DNA from: Vulcanimicrobiota bacterium
GTDB lineage: Bacteria; Vulcanimicrobiota; Xenobia; Xenobiales; JADMJV01
NCBI GenBank assembly: GCA_050250895.1
Contig: JBFWNU010000001.1
Coordinates: 2,214,210 to 2,278,209 of the forward strand
Reading direction: 5' to 3'
Length of the DNA: 64,000 nucleotides
Numbering within the stretch: position 1 is the first letter of the stretch; the number at the start of each line of letters is the position of its first letter. Shown piece after piece: positions 1-9,560 of the stretch. The notes beneath the pieces are model-generated. The model was not told the origin of the DNA. It saw nothing but the letters and a program-made list of their open reading frames with translations, and ran no database searches. The position numbers were made by a program, and so were the translations under genes.

Positions 1-1437
1 CTCGAGGCCCCGGCCCTGCTCGAGCCGTTGGTGACCTTCCATCGACGGCACCTACCGGGCAGCCAGCTTCACCTCACCTTCGCCGAGCGGACCCATTTGC
101 CAGACCTACAAGCTATGGAAGGGGCTATCCGCAACGGCAACAACCTCTGGCTGGCCCGGCGCCTGAAGGTGCCCACCCCCGACCTCGAGCGCGGCCAGAT
201 CTGTCTGGTGTTACGCAAGGGCACGCCCGAGTATCTGGCCACGGCCGGCTTCGGAGGCCACGCCATGGCCTTCGTCGATATCGAGCCGCAGGACATCTTC
301 ACGCCGACCGTCATCGCCCACGAGTTCTATCACGCGGTGGCCGGTCTGGCCCATACCGACGGGGTCAAGGCCCGCCACGACCCGTTCGGGTTAATGGGCT
401 ACCCGGGCACGGCCGTGCCCCTGGAAGAGAGTTACCTCAACTGGCAGCAGCGGGCTCATCTGGGCAGCCCGGCCGGCACGGCCGAGCGGGTGGGGCGCAT
501 TCGGGCCGCTGAACGGCGGGGCCGCTTCGAGCGAGTCCACCAGTTGCTGCTTGAATTGGTCGAGCACGACCCGCTGCATCTCTGGGCTCGGACCCAACTG
601 ACCCGCAGCTATCTGCGTCGGGGCGCCGTCGAGGCGGCGCTAGCTCAGGTCGACGAGCGGGCCCGTCTCGACCCCGGGCTGGCCGGTCAGGCCTGGGCCG
701 CCGAGTTGCGCCTGCGCCTGGCCGGCCAGGAGCCCCGCGAGCTGCCCGGGTTGGGCTATGAAGCGGTGTCGCATCTGGTGCTGGCCGAGCTACTGGCGGG
801 GCATTTGCGGTTGTCCGAGGCCGACTTCGAATGTTATCAGGCCAGGGGCCTCGGGGCCGACTCCGACGCCGTTGCCTATCAGCGCGCCGCCCTGGCCGAT
901 GCGCGTGGGCGGGCCGAAGCCGCCGAAGCCCTGCTGGCCGGGTGCTCGCCGAGCTTCACGGCGGCCTGGCGCAATCTGGCCCTGCTCGAGGCCCGGCGCG
1001 GCGATTTTCAGGCTGCCTCGCGAAGACTGGCGGCCACCCGCGGCCGTCAATCCCGTTCGGCGGGGCAAGCCTTTAGCGAGGGAATGCTGGCCTGGCATCA
1101 GAGGCGCTACCGGCAAAGCCAGGCCTGTTATCGTCGTGCGCTCCAGCACTCCAACCATGACCACCAGGGCGCCTGGCTACGTCTGGGTTACCAGGCCTGG
1201 GTGCTTGGCCAACCCTGTGATAAAGAACTGCGTCGAGCGGCGGCGGTGGCTCCCGCCAGCCATCTGGCTGCCTGCGCCGAGCTGTTGCTGCAGCCCGACC
1301 GGGCTCGCCTGCGCGAACTGCTGGCTAGAGACCCCTACGAGCCGATGCTGGTGGCCCTGGCCTTTCACTTCGCCCCGGCCCGCTATCGAGGCCGGCTGGC
1401 CAGGCTCGAGCCGTTCCACCCGTTCTTGGGTCGGTAG
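1..1437 (+). CDS. Putative zinc metallopeptidase-like protein with C-terminal TPR-like repeats (5' end probably outside window)
   Basis: The ORF 28..1437 has an open reading frame back to base 1. It carries an HEFYHAVAGLAH (HExxH) motif near the N-terminus and an Ala/Leu/Arg-rich helical repeat region typical of TPR in the C-terminal half. Confidence 0.45.
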   Translation, partial: LEAPALLEPLVTFHRRHLPGSQLHLTFAERTHLPDLQAMEGAIRNGNNLWLARRLKVPTPDLERGQICLVLRKGTPEYLATAGFGGHAMAFVDIEPQDIFTPTVIAHEFYHAVAGLAHTDGVKARHDPFGLMGYPGTAVPLEESYLNWQQRAHLGSPAGTAERVGRIRAAERRGRFERVHQLLLELVEHDPLHLWARTQLTRSYLRRGAVEAALAQVDERARLDPGLAGQAWAAELRLRLAGQEPRELPGLGYEAVSHLVLAELLAGHLRLSEADFECYQARGLGADSDAVAYQRAALADARGRAEAAEALLAGCSPSFTAAWRNLALLEARRGDFQAASRRLAATRGRQSRSAGQAFSEGMLAWHQRRYRQSQACYRRALQHSNHDHQGAWLRLGYQAWVLGQPCDKELRRAAAVAPASHLAACAELLLQPDRARLRELLARDPYEPMLVALAFHFAPARYRGRLARLEPFHPFLGR

Positions 1438-1470
1438 GAATGGCCAAAGGGTGCGGGAACTAAGTCCACA

Positions 1471-2169
1471 GTGAACGACGTGCTCCGATTTATGCGGCTC
1501 GAAGGGGGCCATGAGGGGGTTCCGGCCCTCTGGGAGGTCACCCTGGCGCTGGTGGTCACGCTGGCTTGTTCGTGCCTGATCGCCATGGTCTATCGGCGCA
1601 CCCACCGCACCCCGGGCTATTCCCAGTCCTATGTGCAATCGATGGTGCTGACCAGTCTGGTGACCTCGATGATCATGATCGTCATTGGCTCGAATCTGGC
1701 CCGAGCCTTCTCGTTGCTGGGCGCGCTCTCCATCATTCGCTTTCGTAACGCCATCAAAGAGACGCGCGATGTCGGCTTTATCTTCTTTTCCATGGCCGTC
1801 GCCATGGCCAGCGGGACCCGATTTTACGGCGTGGCCGTGCTGGGCACCATCTTCATCTGCACGACCATGCTGATTTTCGACGCCATCGGGTTCGGAGCCA
1901 GCCAGGTTCAGGCGGAACGGTTGCTCAAGCTCCAGACCCCTCCCGACCTCGACCTCAAGGCCGCCGTCCACCCTGTGCTCGAGAAGCACTTCGACGCCTA
2001 TACCCTGGTGGTGGTCGAGACGCTGCGCGACGGGGTGCTGTTAGAGGCCGTTTATTCGGTCAAGCCGCGCGGCGAGCTCGAGCCCAACACGGTGATCGCC
2101 GACCTGCAGGCCGTCAACGAGAAACTCAAAGTGGCCTATTTCTACGGCTACAACGCAGATGCTCCCTAG
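1471..2169 (+). CDS. DUF4956-family membrane protein
   Basis: 232 aa with N-terminal transmembrane segments and the conserved LSIIRFRNAIKETRD / FIFFSMAVAMASG motifs. DUF4956 proteins typically accompany VTC-domain and CotH proteins. Confidence 0.6.
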   Translation: MNDVLRFMRLEGGHEGVPALWEVTLALVVTLACSCLIAMVYRRTHRTPGYSQSYVQSMVLTSLVTSMIMIVIGSNLARAFSLLGALSIIRFRNAIKETRDVGFIFFSMAVAMASGTRFYGVAVLGTIFICTTMLIFDAIGFGASQVQAERLLKLQTPPDLDLKAAVHPVLEKHFDAYTLVVVETLRDGVLLEAVYSVKPRGELEPNTVIADLQAVNEKLKVAYFYGYNADAP

Positions 2170-2854
2170 GTTCGAGCTGAAGTTTCTCATCTCTCACGCG
2201 CAAAAAGAGCGCATTCGCGAGCTGGTGACCGAGATTCTCAAGCCCGACCCGTACGGCCACCTGGGGGTGTACCGGGTGACCAGCCTCTATTACGACACTC
2301 CCGGGTTGACCGCCTATTGGGAGAAGGTCGACGGGGTGGCCTCGCGACGAAAGTATCGGCTCAGGTTCTATGGGCCGTTGGAGTCGGCCGATACCTTCTT
2401 CATGGAGATCAAAGGCCGCGAGGATCGCGTGGTTCTCAAGCAGCGCTCGCGCCTCGAGCCGGCGGCGGCTCGTCGCAAACTGGTGGAACTCGAGTCGCTG
2501 GCCGGACTCACCAGTCAGGCGCTCGACCACCTGGATACGGCCGAGGCAGTCGAGCTCGAGGGCTATCGCCAGCAGCTGCGACCGGCGGCCACGGTCACTT
2601 ACCTGCGCGAGGCCTGGATCGGCATCCTCGAAAGCCGCCTGCGATTGACGTTTGATCAGTTTTGTCAGGGCGGTCCGCCGGGCAGCTTTAATTTTCGCGA
2701 AGCGGCCGCCCTGCACGCTCCCAGCCAATCGATCATGGAGGTCAAGTTCGACCACCAGATTCCCCGCTGGCTCAGCGACCGGATCACCGAGGTCGAGGCG
2801 CGCCCGGTCCGCTTCTCGAAATACGCCAACGCCGTCGAGATGCTAAAGTCGTGA
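2159..2854 (+). CDS. VTC-domain (polyphosphate polymerase-like / CYTH-like) protein
   Basis: 231 aa. The N-terminal FELKFLIS...YRVTSLYYDTP...RRKYRLRFYGP block is characteristic of the VTC domain (PF09359). It overlaps the upstream DUF4956 gene stop, suggesting an operon. Confidence 0.6.
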   Translation: MLPRFELKFLISHAQKERIRELVTEILKPDPYGHLGVYRVTSLYYDTPGLTAYWEKVDGVASRRKYRLRFYGPLESADTFFMEIKGREDRVVLKQRSRLEPAAARRKLVELESLAGLTSQALDHLDTAEAVELEGYRQQLRPAATVTYLREAWIGILESRLRLTFDQFCQGGPPGSFNFREAAALHAPSQSIMEVKFDHQIPRWLSDRITEVEARPVRFSKYANAVEMLKS

Positions 2855-4383
2855 GAGGCATCTGGCTGCGCGGCGAGGGGCGAGGACGGCTCATCCCCTG
2901 GTCTCACCTGGTGCTGGGTCTTACCTTTCCCGTGGCGCTGGTGCTTTTTCTGTTGCTGGCAGTCCAACACCAGGAGCCGATCTTCGAGTGGCTGATTTAC
3001 GCACGGCGGGGTCATCCGGTGGGCTATCAGGTGGCCCGGGAGATCTTTCAAGAGCGGGTCAGCAGCAGCTTCTACAACGTGCTGGTCAACCCTCAGACCC
3101 CGACCCAAGGCGAGCTTTCCGTGTTGCGGCTCTTTTCTGGCGACACCACGCTCGAGGCCCTGACCGAAGACCCCGACCGCGAGCCCAGACCGTATCTGCC
3201 TGCCTATCTGGTCGAGAACGGCCATCTTAAAGGCTGCCACATCGCGCTGCGGGGTTTTGGCCACTGGCATCACGCTCCCGAAAAGCCGTCGCTACGGGTC
3301 AAGGTGAAGCGTTCGGAGGTGGGCCAGGGAGCCCGCTTTCAGGACCTTTCTCGCCCCGAAGGTCCGTTGGCGTTGGGCAACTGGCTGCCCGAACAGATCG
3401 GCCAGAAATATGACCTGTTGGGCCAGCGGACCGACCATGTGGCCCTCTTTTTCAACCATCGCTACCTGGGAGTCTATGACCGCGGTTATCGAGCCGGAGA
3501 CGAATTGGCAGCCCGCCTCGAGCGACCAGGCGGAACCTTCTTCAAAGGCGACATCGTGGGGCCCGGTGGCTCGGTGGGCGCGCCCGGCCGCAGCCTCTGG
3601 ACCGGCTTGCAAGAGTGGAAGGTGCTTGGACCCGACCGGCCCGAGATCCGCCGGGCTTTCGAACACCTGCTGGCCGAACTGGCTCAGGACCGGGTGCCCA
3701 CCCAGCTCGACCTGGAAGCGATGGCGCGCTGGTCGGCTCTGATGGCCTTCTTTGGCAGCGCCCATGCCGACGCGTTCCATAATCAGGTCTTCTTTTACGA
3801 CCCCCAGCGCCAACTCTTCGAGCCGGTCGTCTGGGATGTCAACGGTCTGGGCATTCAACTGCCCGCGGATGCCCCGCTCGATCTGGCTCCCGGCCCGCTC
3901 GAAGCCCGCCTGATGCGCGAGCCCGCCTGGCGGGCCCGTCGAGCCGAGTTGCTCTTCGAGCTGCTCGAGGACCCCGCGGTGGATTCGACCGTCGAGGCCG
4001 AACTCGAACGGCTGCGCCCGTGGTTGAGCGCCGACCCCGGATTGAGCCGGCTCGAGCGAACTCCGGTCGGAGTCAACCGGCTACGCCGCTACTCTACCGG
4101 AGAGTTGCCTCGCCTCGAGGCCGAAACGCGCTGGTGGCTGGTGACCCGCCGCCAGGTGGTCAGGAACTACCTCGAGCAAGCCACCGTAGCTCGGAGCAAA
4201 GACCGGGTTTGGGTCGACGGCAACGTGCCGGTGCGGGCCGGCCAGCGCTTGCTCTATCCGGGCCTGGCCTCGCAACGGGTGCCTTATCGCTTCAACCTGG
4301 CCAGGCTGGCTTCCGAGGCCCGAGCCTATCAGGCCGAAGGACCGTTCTTCAACGCCATCACCGGTCAGCCCATCGATCCTTAG
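2851..4383 (+). CDS. CotH kinase-family protein
   Basis: 510 aa. It overlaps the VTC gene stop by 4 nt. It has an N-terminal TM/signal segment, and its length, composition and genomic association with VTC+DUF4956 fit the CotH family. Assignment rests on family memory, not a computed alignment. Confidence 0.45.
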   Translation: MRGIWLRGEGRGRLIPWSHLVLGLTFPVALVLFLLLAVQHQEPIFEWLIYARRGHPVGYQVAREIFQERVSSSFYNVLVNPQTPTQGELSVLRLFSGDTTLEALTEDPDREPRPYLPAYLVENGHLKGCHIALRGFGHWHHAPEKPSLRVKVKRSEVGQGARFQDLSRPEGPLALGNWLPEQIGQKYDLLGQRTDHVALFFNHRYLGVYDRGYRAGDELAARLERPGGTFFKGDIVGPGGSVGAPGRSLWTGLQEWKVLGPDRPEIRRAFEHLLAELAQDRVPTQLDLEAMARWSALMAFFGSAHADAFHNQVFFYDPQRQLFEPVVWDVNGLGIQLPADAPLDLAPGPLEARLMREPAWRARRAELLFELLEDPAVDSTVEAELERLRPWLSADPGLSRLERTPVGVNRLRRYSTGELPRLEAETRWWLVTRRQVVRNYLEQATVARSKDRVWVDGNVPVRAGQRLLYPGLASQRVPYRFNLARLASEARAYQAEGPFFNAITGQPIDP

Positions 4384-5858
4384 AGGGGCGTCAACTCGTT
4401 CCAACCGGCCAGAGGTTCGAAGCTCCAGTCGCTGCCGTAGAGGGTGCCGGCTCCGTCGCTCCACACCCGATCATGGCCCGAGGGCAGGTTATACACCGCG
4501 CCGGCGGCCGGGTCGAAATAATCCCCCGTGTCGCGGACGTAGTTGCTGAAGTTGTGAGCGGTGTAGTCGGTGCTCTGGCTGTAGTTTTGCCACCCGGCCA
4601 TCTGCATGTCCGAGATGGCCGCACCGGCCTCGCTGATGATGGCGGTGCGTTTGGCCATCTCGTTGGCCACGAACTGGTTGTGGTTCCTTTGCGACATCAT
4701 CATGGCCCCGGCCATCTGCTGCATCCGAGCCTGTTCGCGTTGCATCCACTGGGGAGAAACTTCGATGGTGGTGGCCACCCCGGTCAAAAGCGGCTCGAAC
4801 TGCTCCATGACGGGTGTCGGGGCCTGGTAGGAGTAGGCCACCGAGGCGGCCCACTGGGGGGGAGCCAGCTCCATTCTGGGCAGCTCATGGGCCTGCAGTC
4901 GGACCCGCCGCTGGTGGCCGTTGGCCAGGCCCAATCGCACTTCGTAGACCATCGGGCCCAGCACGAAGCGGTCCAGCATTCGCAATCCCGGCTCGGCTCG
5001 CTGCCACTCGGGCCAGAAATACTGGTCAAAAGCCCTCTCGAGGTCGCCGAAGGGCAGGGCCGGAGTGCCCATGGCTGCGTAGGCCATCTGATCGACTTTC
5101 TTGGCCCAACCCCACAGGGTGCCCAACAGCCCTTGCTCGGCCGGGGCCGCCGGCTGTTCCACTTGAAAAGCTTTGAAAATAGGAGCCACCTGGATACGGA
5201 TTTGACCCGCTCGATCAGCCCAGATGTCCAGGCAAGGCTGGCGGGTGCCCCGCATCGGATCGTTGTTTACCTGGCAGCGAGCCTGCCAGCCTCGGGGCAG
5301 CATCAGGCGCATCGCTCCCTCGGCCGGGTCCACCCAGGCTTCGCGGGGAATGGCTTGCAGGCTGGCCAGAGTGGGAGCGACCATGTCCAGGAGCTGGGCT
5401 GGGTCGAGTTGGCTGCGGTGGGGCACGAACATCGACAGCAAGACGCCGCCGTTGGAGCTGGCCCGGACCCTCAGGCAGCCTCGCCCCGCCTCGTTTTCAT
5501 AGGTGAAGGCGGCCTCGCCACCCGAACTCTGGATCGGCTGGACGGTAGTGGCGAATCCGTCGAAAAACAGCGAGGCGTGTCCGGCCGCATCCAGGCCCAG
5601 AGCCGGGTCGAGCAGTCGCATTTCCAGGGTATCACCCAGGGCGCTCCAGGCCCGCACGCCGTCGCCCGCGGTCACTCTCCAGCTTTCGGGCAGGGCCAGG
5701 CGAAAGCCACGCCAGACGTCCTGATAGGCCACCATGCCCGGGGGGACGGGGATGTCTCGAAACTCTTCCTGCACCACGGGAGCGCCGCAACGGTCGCAAA
5801 ATCGGGTATGGGCCTGAAGGGGAGTGTCACAATGGGTGCAGGTGGGCTTGGCAAACAT
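4380..5858 (-). CDS. Hypothetical protein with N-terminal zinc-ribbon (CxxC...CxxC)
   Basis: 492 aa with non-biased composition. The N-terminus CTHCDTPLQAHTRFCDRCGAP is a zinc-ribbon, and the C-terminal region is Q/M-rich. The opposite-strand 775-aa ORF (4020..6347) is R/G/A/P-rich and judged a shadow ORF. Confidence 0.5.
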   Translation of the reverse strand: MFAKPTCTHCDTPLQAHTRFCDRCGAPVVQEEFRDIPVPPGMVAYQDVWRGFRLALPESWRVTAGDGVRAWSALGDTLEMRLLDPALGLDAAGHASLFFDGFATTVQPIQSSGGEAAFTYENEAGRGCLRVRASSNGGVLLSMFVPHRSQLDPAQLLDMVAPTLASLQAIPREAWVDPAEGAMRLMLPRGWQARCQVNNDPMRGTRQPCLDIWADRAGQIRIQVAPIFKAFQVEQPAAPAEQGLLGTLWGWAKKVDQMAYAAMGTPALPFGDLERAFDQYFWPEWQRAEPGLRMLDRFVLGPMVYEVRLGLANGHQRRVRLQAHELPRMELAPPQWAASVAYSYQAPTPVMEQFEPLLTGVATTIEVSPQWMQREQARMQQMAGAMMMSQRNHNQFVANEMAKRTAIISEAGAAISDMQMAGWQNYSQSTDYTAHNFSNYVRDTGDYFDPAAGAVYNLPSGHDRVWSDGAGTLYGSDWSFEPLAGWNELTPL

Positions 5859-5923
5859 AGGGCTACCTTAGCCGAGCCCGCCGATCCGATCTGTGGCACA
5901 GTTCACTTTTCGAGGGCAGGGGG

Positions 5924-6904
5924 TTGGATCCGGCCACCCGAACCTTCCGGGCCATGGCCAAACGCCGTAAAAAAAGCAAGCACCAGAAACCCACCAGGAC
6001 CACCCGCTCCGACACCGGTTCGCCGCCCGATGAACTGGCCCTTGCCCGCCTGCGGGCCGAGGCCGCCGAGCAGCGAATGCTCGAACTCGAAGACCGGTTA
6101 TCCGAAACCGAGGGCCTGCTCGAATACACCGAGCAGCGCGCGAACGCGGCCGAGACTTTCGCCGAAGAGCAGGCCGACACCGAGAGCCGGGTCATGGTGC
6201 TGCGCCTGCAGGTCGAAGAACTCGAGCAAGAACTCAAGGAGGCTTTCGAGCAGGTGGCGGGCCTCGAGAGTCTGCGCCAGGACTTCGAAGAGATGGCCGA
6301 AGATGCCGAGGAGCGGGCCTATGAAGCCGAGTCGTTGCTACGCTTGACCGAACAGCGGGCCCGAGCGGCCGAGCAGCGCCTGCGCGACCTGGAGGGCAAG
6401 TTAGGCCAGGCTCATCAGGATTCTGGTCCGGATCCGCTCACCGGCCTGCCCGACCGGGGCTTGATGCTCAAGATGCTCGAGATGTCGATCAAGCAGTCCA
6501 CCCGCTATCAGCGCCGGGTGGCGGTGATGGCGTTCAGCCTTTTGACGATGCACGATCCCGGTCCGCTCCAGTCGATGGTGGCGCGACGCCTGCGCAAGAT
6601 CGTGCGGGATTCCGACGTGCTTGGGCGTCTTGATGACGAGACCTTCGGCATCATCCTGGCCGAGCACGACGAAGGCGAGGATGTGGTTCGCATGGCCGAG
6701 GCGGTGGCCCGGAGAACTCGCGAGGTGTTCAATCACCCCCTGGTGGTCCAGGGGCAACCCCTATTCGTCGAGGTTGCCTTTGGAGGCAGCGTCTATCCCG
6801 ACCACGCCCGGCTGGCTCATCAGGTGGTGGACAAGGCCGAGTCGGTGCTGACTGATTCTCTCGAGAAAGCCCGCCCGGGTCTGGCCTGGGCCGGCACTAC
6901 CTAG
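5924..6904 (+). CDS. Coiled-coil protein with degenerate GGDEF (diguanylate-cyclase-like) domain
   Basis: The N-terminal ~150 aa are an E/A/R/L-rich coiled coil. The C-terminus reads DPLTGLPDRGLM...RLDDETFGIIL, a GGDEF fold in which the GG(D/E)EF signature is replaced by DDETF, so it is probably catalytically inactive. Confidence 0.5.
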   Translation: MDPATRTFRAMAKRRKKSKHQKPTRTTRSDTGSPPDELALARLRAEAAEQRMLELEDRLSETEGLLEYTEQRANAAETFAEEQADTESRVMVLRLQVEELEQELKEAFEQVAGLESLRQDFEEMAEDAEERAYEAESLLRLTEQRARAAEQRLRDLEGKLGQAHQDSGPDPLTGLPDRGLMLKMLEMSIKQSTRYQRRVAVMAFSLLTMHDPGPLQSMVARRLRKIVRDSDVLGRLDDETFGIILAEHDEGEDVVRMAEAVARRTREVFNHPLVVQGQPLFVEVAFGGSVYPDHARLAHQVVDKAESVLTDSLEKARPGLAWAGTT

Positions 6905-6947
6905 CCTTGATCCAGGCGGTGGCCCACGAAAATCACGGTCGGGTCGA

Positions 6948-6976
6948 TTGACGGCAGCAGCTCGAGATGCTATCAT
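6948..6976 (+). promoter_or_regulatory. Candidate sigma70-type promoter for tRNA-Leu
   Basis: TTGACG (6948-6953), a 17-nt spacer, then TATCAT (6971-6976), located ~10 nt upstream of the tRNA 5' end. Confidence 0.4.
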
Positions 6977-6986
6977 CTGCAGGCTT

Positions 6987-7071
6987 GCCCGGGTGGCGAA
7001 ATTGGCAGACGCGCGGGTCTCAAAAACCCGTTCCTTCGGGAGTGCCGGTTCGAGTCCGGCCCCGGGCACCA
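6987..7071 (+). tRNA. tRNA-Leu (anticodon CAA)
   Basis: Acceptor stem GCCCGGG/CCCGGGC. The anticodon stem-loop is CGGGT-cuCAAaa-ACCCG with U33 and A37, and the long variable arm marks a type II tRNA. The T-arm is GCCGG-TTCGAGT-CCGGC, with discriminator A and an encoded CCA. Confidence 0.8.
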
Positions 7072-7081
7072 CTCCTGGCCT

Positions 7082-7993
7082 ATGTCACGGCTCTACCTGA
7101 TCGATACCCTCTATCATGTCTTTCGGGCTTTTCATGCCTTGCCGGCCAGTCTCACCGCTCCTGACGGAAGGCCCACCAACGCCGTGCACGGAGTGCTGGG
7201 AATCTTCTCCAACCTGTGGCGAACCGAGCAGGTGGAGTATGCCGTGGCCGTCTTCGAGTCCCTGACGGCTACCTTCCGCGAAGAGCTCGACCCCGAGTAC
7301 AAAGCCAACCGCGAACCGCCGGATCCAAACCTCAAGCGCCAGATTCCGTTAGTCGAGCGGGCTTGCCACTGTCTGGGGATCCCCACTCTGGCTGTCGATG
7401 GTTACGAGGCTGACGACGTGATGGGCGCGCTAGCCCACCGGGCCGTGGCCGCCGGCCACGCTGTAACCATCGTTTCAAACGACAAGGATCTGGCTCAAAT
7501 TCTGGCTCTGGGCGGCGATATCGAACTGCTCAGGCTCTCGGGCACGGGCAAGAGCGCCAAAGTCGAGCGCATCCGGCCCGAGGGGGTGGTCGAGCTGTTT
7601 GGCGTCCCGCCCGAGCTGATCCCATCCTGGTTGGCCCTTAAGGGCGACACCGTCGACAACATCAAGGGCGTGCCCGGCATCGGCCAGAAGACGGCTTCGA
7701 GACTCTTGCTCGAGCACGGTGGACTGGTCAACCTGCTGGCCGAACCTACCCGAGCCGGTCGCTACGCCGAAAAGCTGGTGGCCCTAAAAGACCGCCTGGT
7801 CCGCGACCTCGAGGTGGCCACCATCAAGACCGATTTAGACCTCGGCTTTGATGGCCTCGACCTCGAACGCTTCCGGCCCATCCCTCTGCAAGGTGCGGTC
7901 GAATTCTTCGAAGACCTCGGCATGCACCGGCACCTGTCCGCCGTCGAACAACTCATCTTCCCCGAGCCCACGGTGGCCGAACTCTGGGGCTAA
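7082..7993 (+). CDS. 5'-3' exonuclease (Pol I N-terminal-domain-like flap endonuclease)
   Basis: 303 aa. The N-terminus LYLIDTLYHVFRAFHALP is the hallmark of the PIN-like 5'-nuclease domain of DNA polymerase I / ExoIX, and a helix-hairpin-helix region follows. Confidence 0.75.
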   Translation: MSRLYLIDTLYHVFRAFHALPASLTAPDGRPTNAVHGVLGIFSNLWRTEQVEYAVAVFESLTATFREELDPEYKANREPPDPNLKRQIPLVERACHCLGIPTLAVDGYEADDVMGALAHRAVAAGHAVTIVSNDKDLAQILALGGDIELLRLSGTGKSAKVERIRPEGVVELFGVPPELIPSWLALKGDTVDNIKGVPGIGQKTASRLLLEHGGLVNLLAEPTRAGRYAEKLVALKDRLVRDLEVATIKTDLDLGFDGLDLERFRPIPLQGAVEFFEDLGMHRHLSAVEQLIFPEPTVAELWG

Positions 7994-8003
7994 CCGGCGA
8001 GCC

Positions 8004-9377
8004 CTACGCTCGCTGGTAGTTAGCCATCTCACGCAGGAGGTGGAGCGAGGTTTCGATGCCGCGGTGGTAGTTGCCCAGGTCGAAGTGCTCGTTAGGGGCG
8101 TGCAGGTTTTCGTCGTTTAAGCCAAAGCCCAAGAGCACGCCTGGCATGCCCAGGATATTCTGAAAGTCGACCACGATCGGGATCGAACCGCCTTCACGCA
8201 CGGTCACCGGCGTCTTGCCGAAGACCCGCTCCACGGCCCGGGCGGCGGCCTGCAGGGCGGGATGGTCGGGAGGGGTGATCCAGGGATGGCCGCCATGCAT
8301 TCGGGTCACCTTGCACTCGATGGTATCGGGGCAGAGTTTGCGGATGTGAGCCTCTAGCCTCTCGGCAATCTTGTCGGGGTTCTGGTTGGGCACCAGGCGG
8401 CAAGAGACCTTGGCCATGGCTTTGTTGGGCAGAACCGTCTTCGCTCCCTCGCCAGTGAAACCGCATAGAAGGCCGTTGATTTCGAGAGTGGGCCGGGCGG
8501 TGCGCTGCTCGAGCGGGGTGAAACCCTTCTCGCCCGAGAGGCCGGGCACACCCAGGTCGGCGCGGAATTTCTCAGGGTCAAAAGGCAGGGCGGCGAACTG
8601 GGCGCGTTCGGCCTGAGTCAACTCGAGCACCTCATCATAGAAGCCAGGCACCGTGATGTGGTCGTTCTCGTCTTTGAGAGCGGCCAGAATCTTGCACAGT
8701 TCCATGCCCGGGTTAGGCACAGCCCCGCCGAACACGCCCGAGTGCAAGTCGCCGTCAGCACCTTTAAGGTCAATCTGCAGATAGGTCAAGCCGCGAAGGG
8801 CATAAACCAGGCTGGGCGTGTCGGGAGCAAACATGGCACTATCGGAGATGACCAGCACATCGGCTTGGAGCAGGTCTTCGTTTTGCTTGAGAAACGGAGC
8901 CAGGCTGGGGCTGCCGATCTCTTCTTCGCCTTCGATGATGAACTTGACGTTGATCGGCAGTTGGCCGTCAGTCTGCATCAGAGTCTTGACCGCCTTGATA
9001 TGGGCCAGGAACTGGCCCTTGTCGTCGGTGGCGCCGCGGGCGTAGACCTTGCCGTTGCGCACGGTGGGCTCGAAGGGAGGGGTAGTCCAGAGTTCGATGG
9101 GGTCTTCGGGTTGGACATCATAGTGGCCGTAGATCAGGACCGTCGGCTTGCCGGCGGCCTCGGTCCACTGGGCGAAGACGGCCGGGTGACCGGCGGTGGG
9201 CATCACCCGTACATCGCTAAGACCGGCATCGCGCAATTGATTGGCGACCTCTTCGGCGCAGGCCTTCACATCGCCGGCTCGCTTGCTGTCGGTGCTGACA
9301 CTGGGGATCGCCAGGAGCTTCATCAGATCTTGTTCGAATTGTTGCTTGTTTGTGGTGAGGAAATCGGTGGTAGTCAT
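8004..9377 (-). CDS. M20-family metallopeptidase (dipeptidase-like)
   Basis: 457 aa with LIYGHYDVQP, GATDDKG and a dimerisation-domain pattern typical of M20/M25/M40 zinc hydrolases. Confidence 0.7.
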   Translation of the reverse strand: MTTTDFLTTNKQQFEQDLMKLLAIPSVSTDSKRAGDVKACAEEVANQLRDAGLSDVRVMPTAGHPAVFAQWTEAAGKPTVLIYGHYDVQPEDPIELWTTPPFEPTVRNGKVYARGATDDKGQFLAHIKAVKTLMQTDGQLPINVKFIIEGEEEIGSPSLAPFLKQNEDLLQADVLVISDSAMFAPDTPSLVYALRGLTYLQIDLKGADGDLHSGVFGGAVPNPGMELCKILAALKDENDHITVPGFYDEVLELTQAERAQFAALPFDPEKFRADLGVPGLSGEKGFTPLEQRTARPTLEINGLLCGFTGEGAKTVLPNKAMAKVSCRLVPNQNPDKIAERLEAHIRKLCPDTIECKVTRMHGGHPWITPPDHPALQAAARAVERVFGKTPVTVREGGSIPIVVDFQNILGMPGVLLGFGLNDENLHAPNEHFDLGNYHRGIETSLHLLREMANYQRA

Positions 9378-9560
9378 CGCAGCTCCTTATGGCACTTGGG
9401 ATTCGGCGTGGTTCTCGCGGCGAAAAAGGAACTCCTGCGTTTAACAAATTAGCAGTGAACCGGCAATAAAGTTTACAGGCTAGTTACAATGTTGCCGGTT
9501 CCTAACCGTTTTGCGGCGACTACAATTGGCTTAAGAGAAACGAAGAGAGGGTTACCGGTT

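Noticed and set aside
4020-6347. 775-aa plus-strand ORF, the longest in the region
   Set aside because: Its composition is R/G/A/P/S-rich and repetitive, typical of a high-GC antisense shadow ORF. The minus-strand 492-aa ORF has balanced composition and a zinc-ribbon motif.
6987-7071. tRNA as an integration hotspot or genomic island boundary
   Set aside because: No integrase, direct repeat of the tRNA 3' end, or compositional shift was seen nearby; the downstream genes are housekeeping.
8658-9452. 264-aa plus-strand ORF antisense to the M20 peptidase
   Set aside because: Shadow ORF. The minus strand carries M20 motifs.
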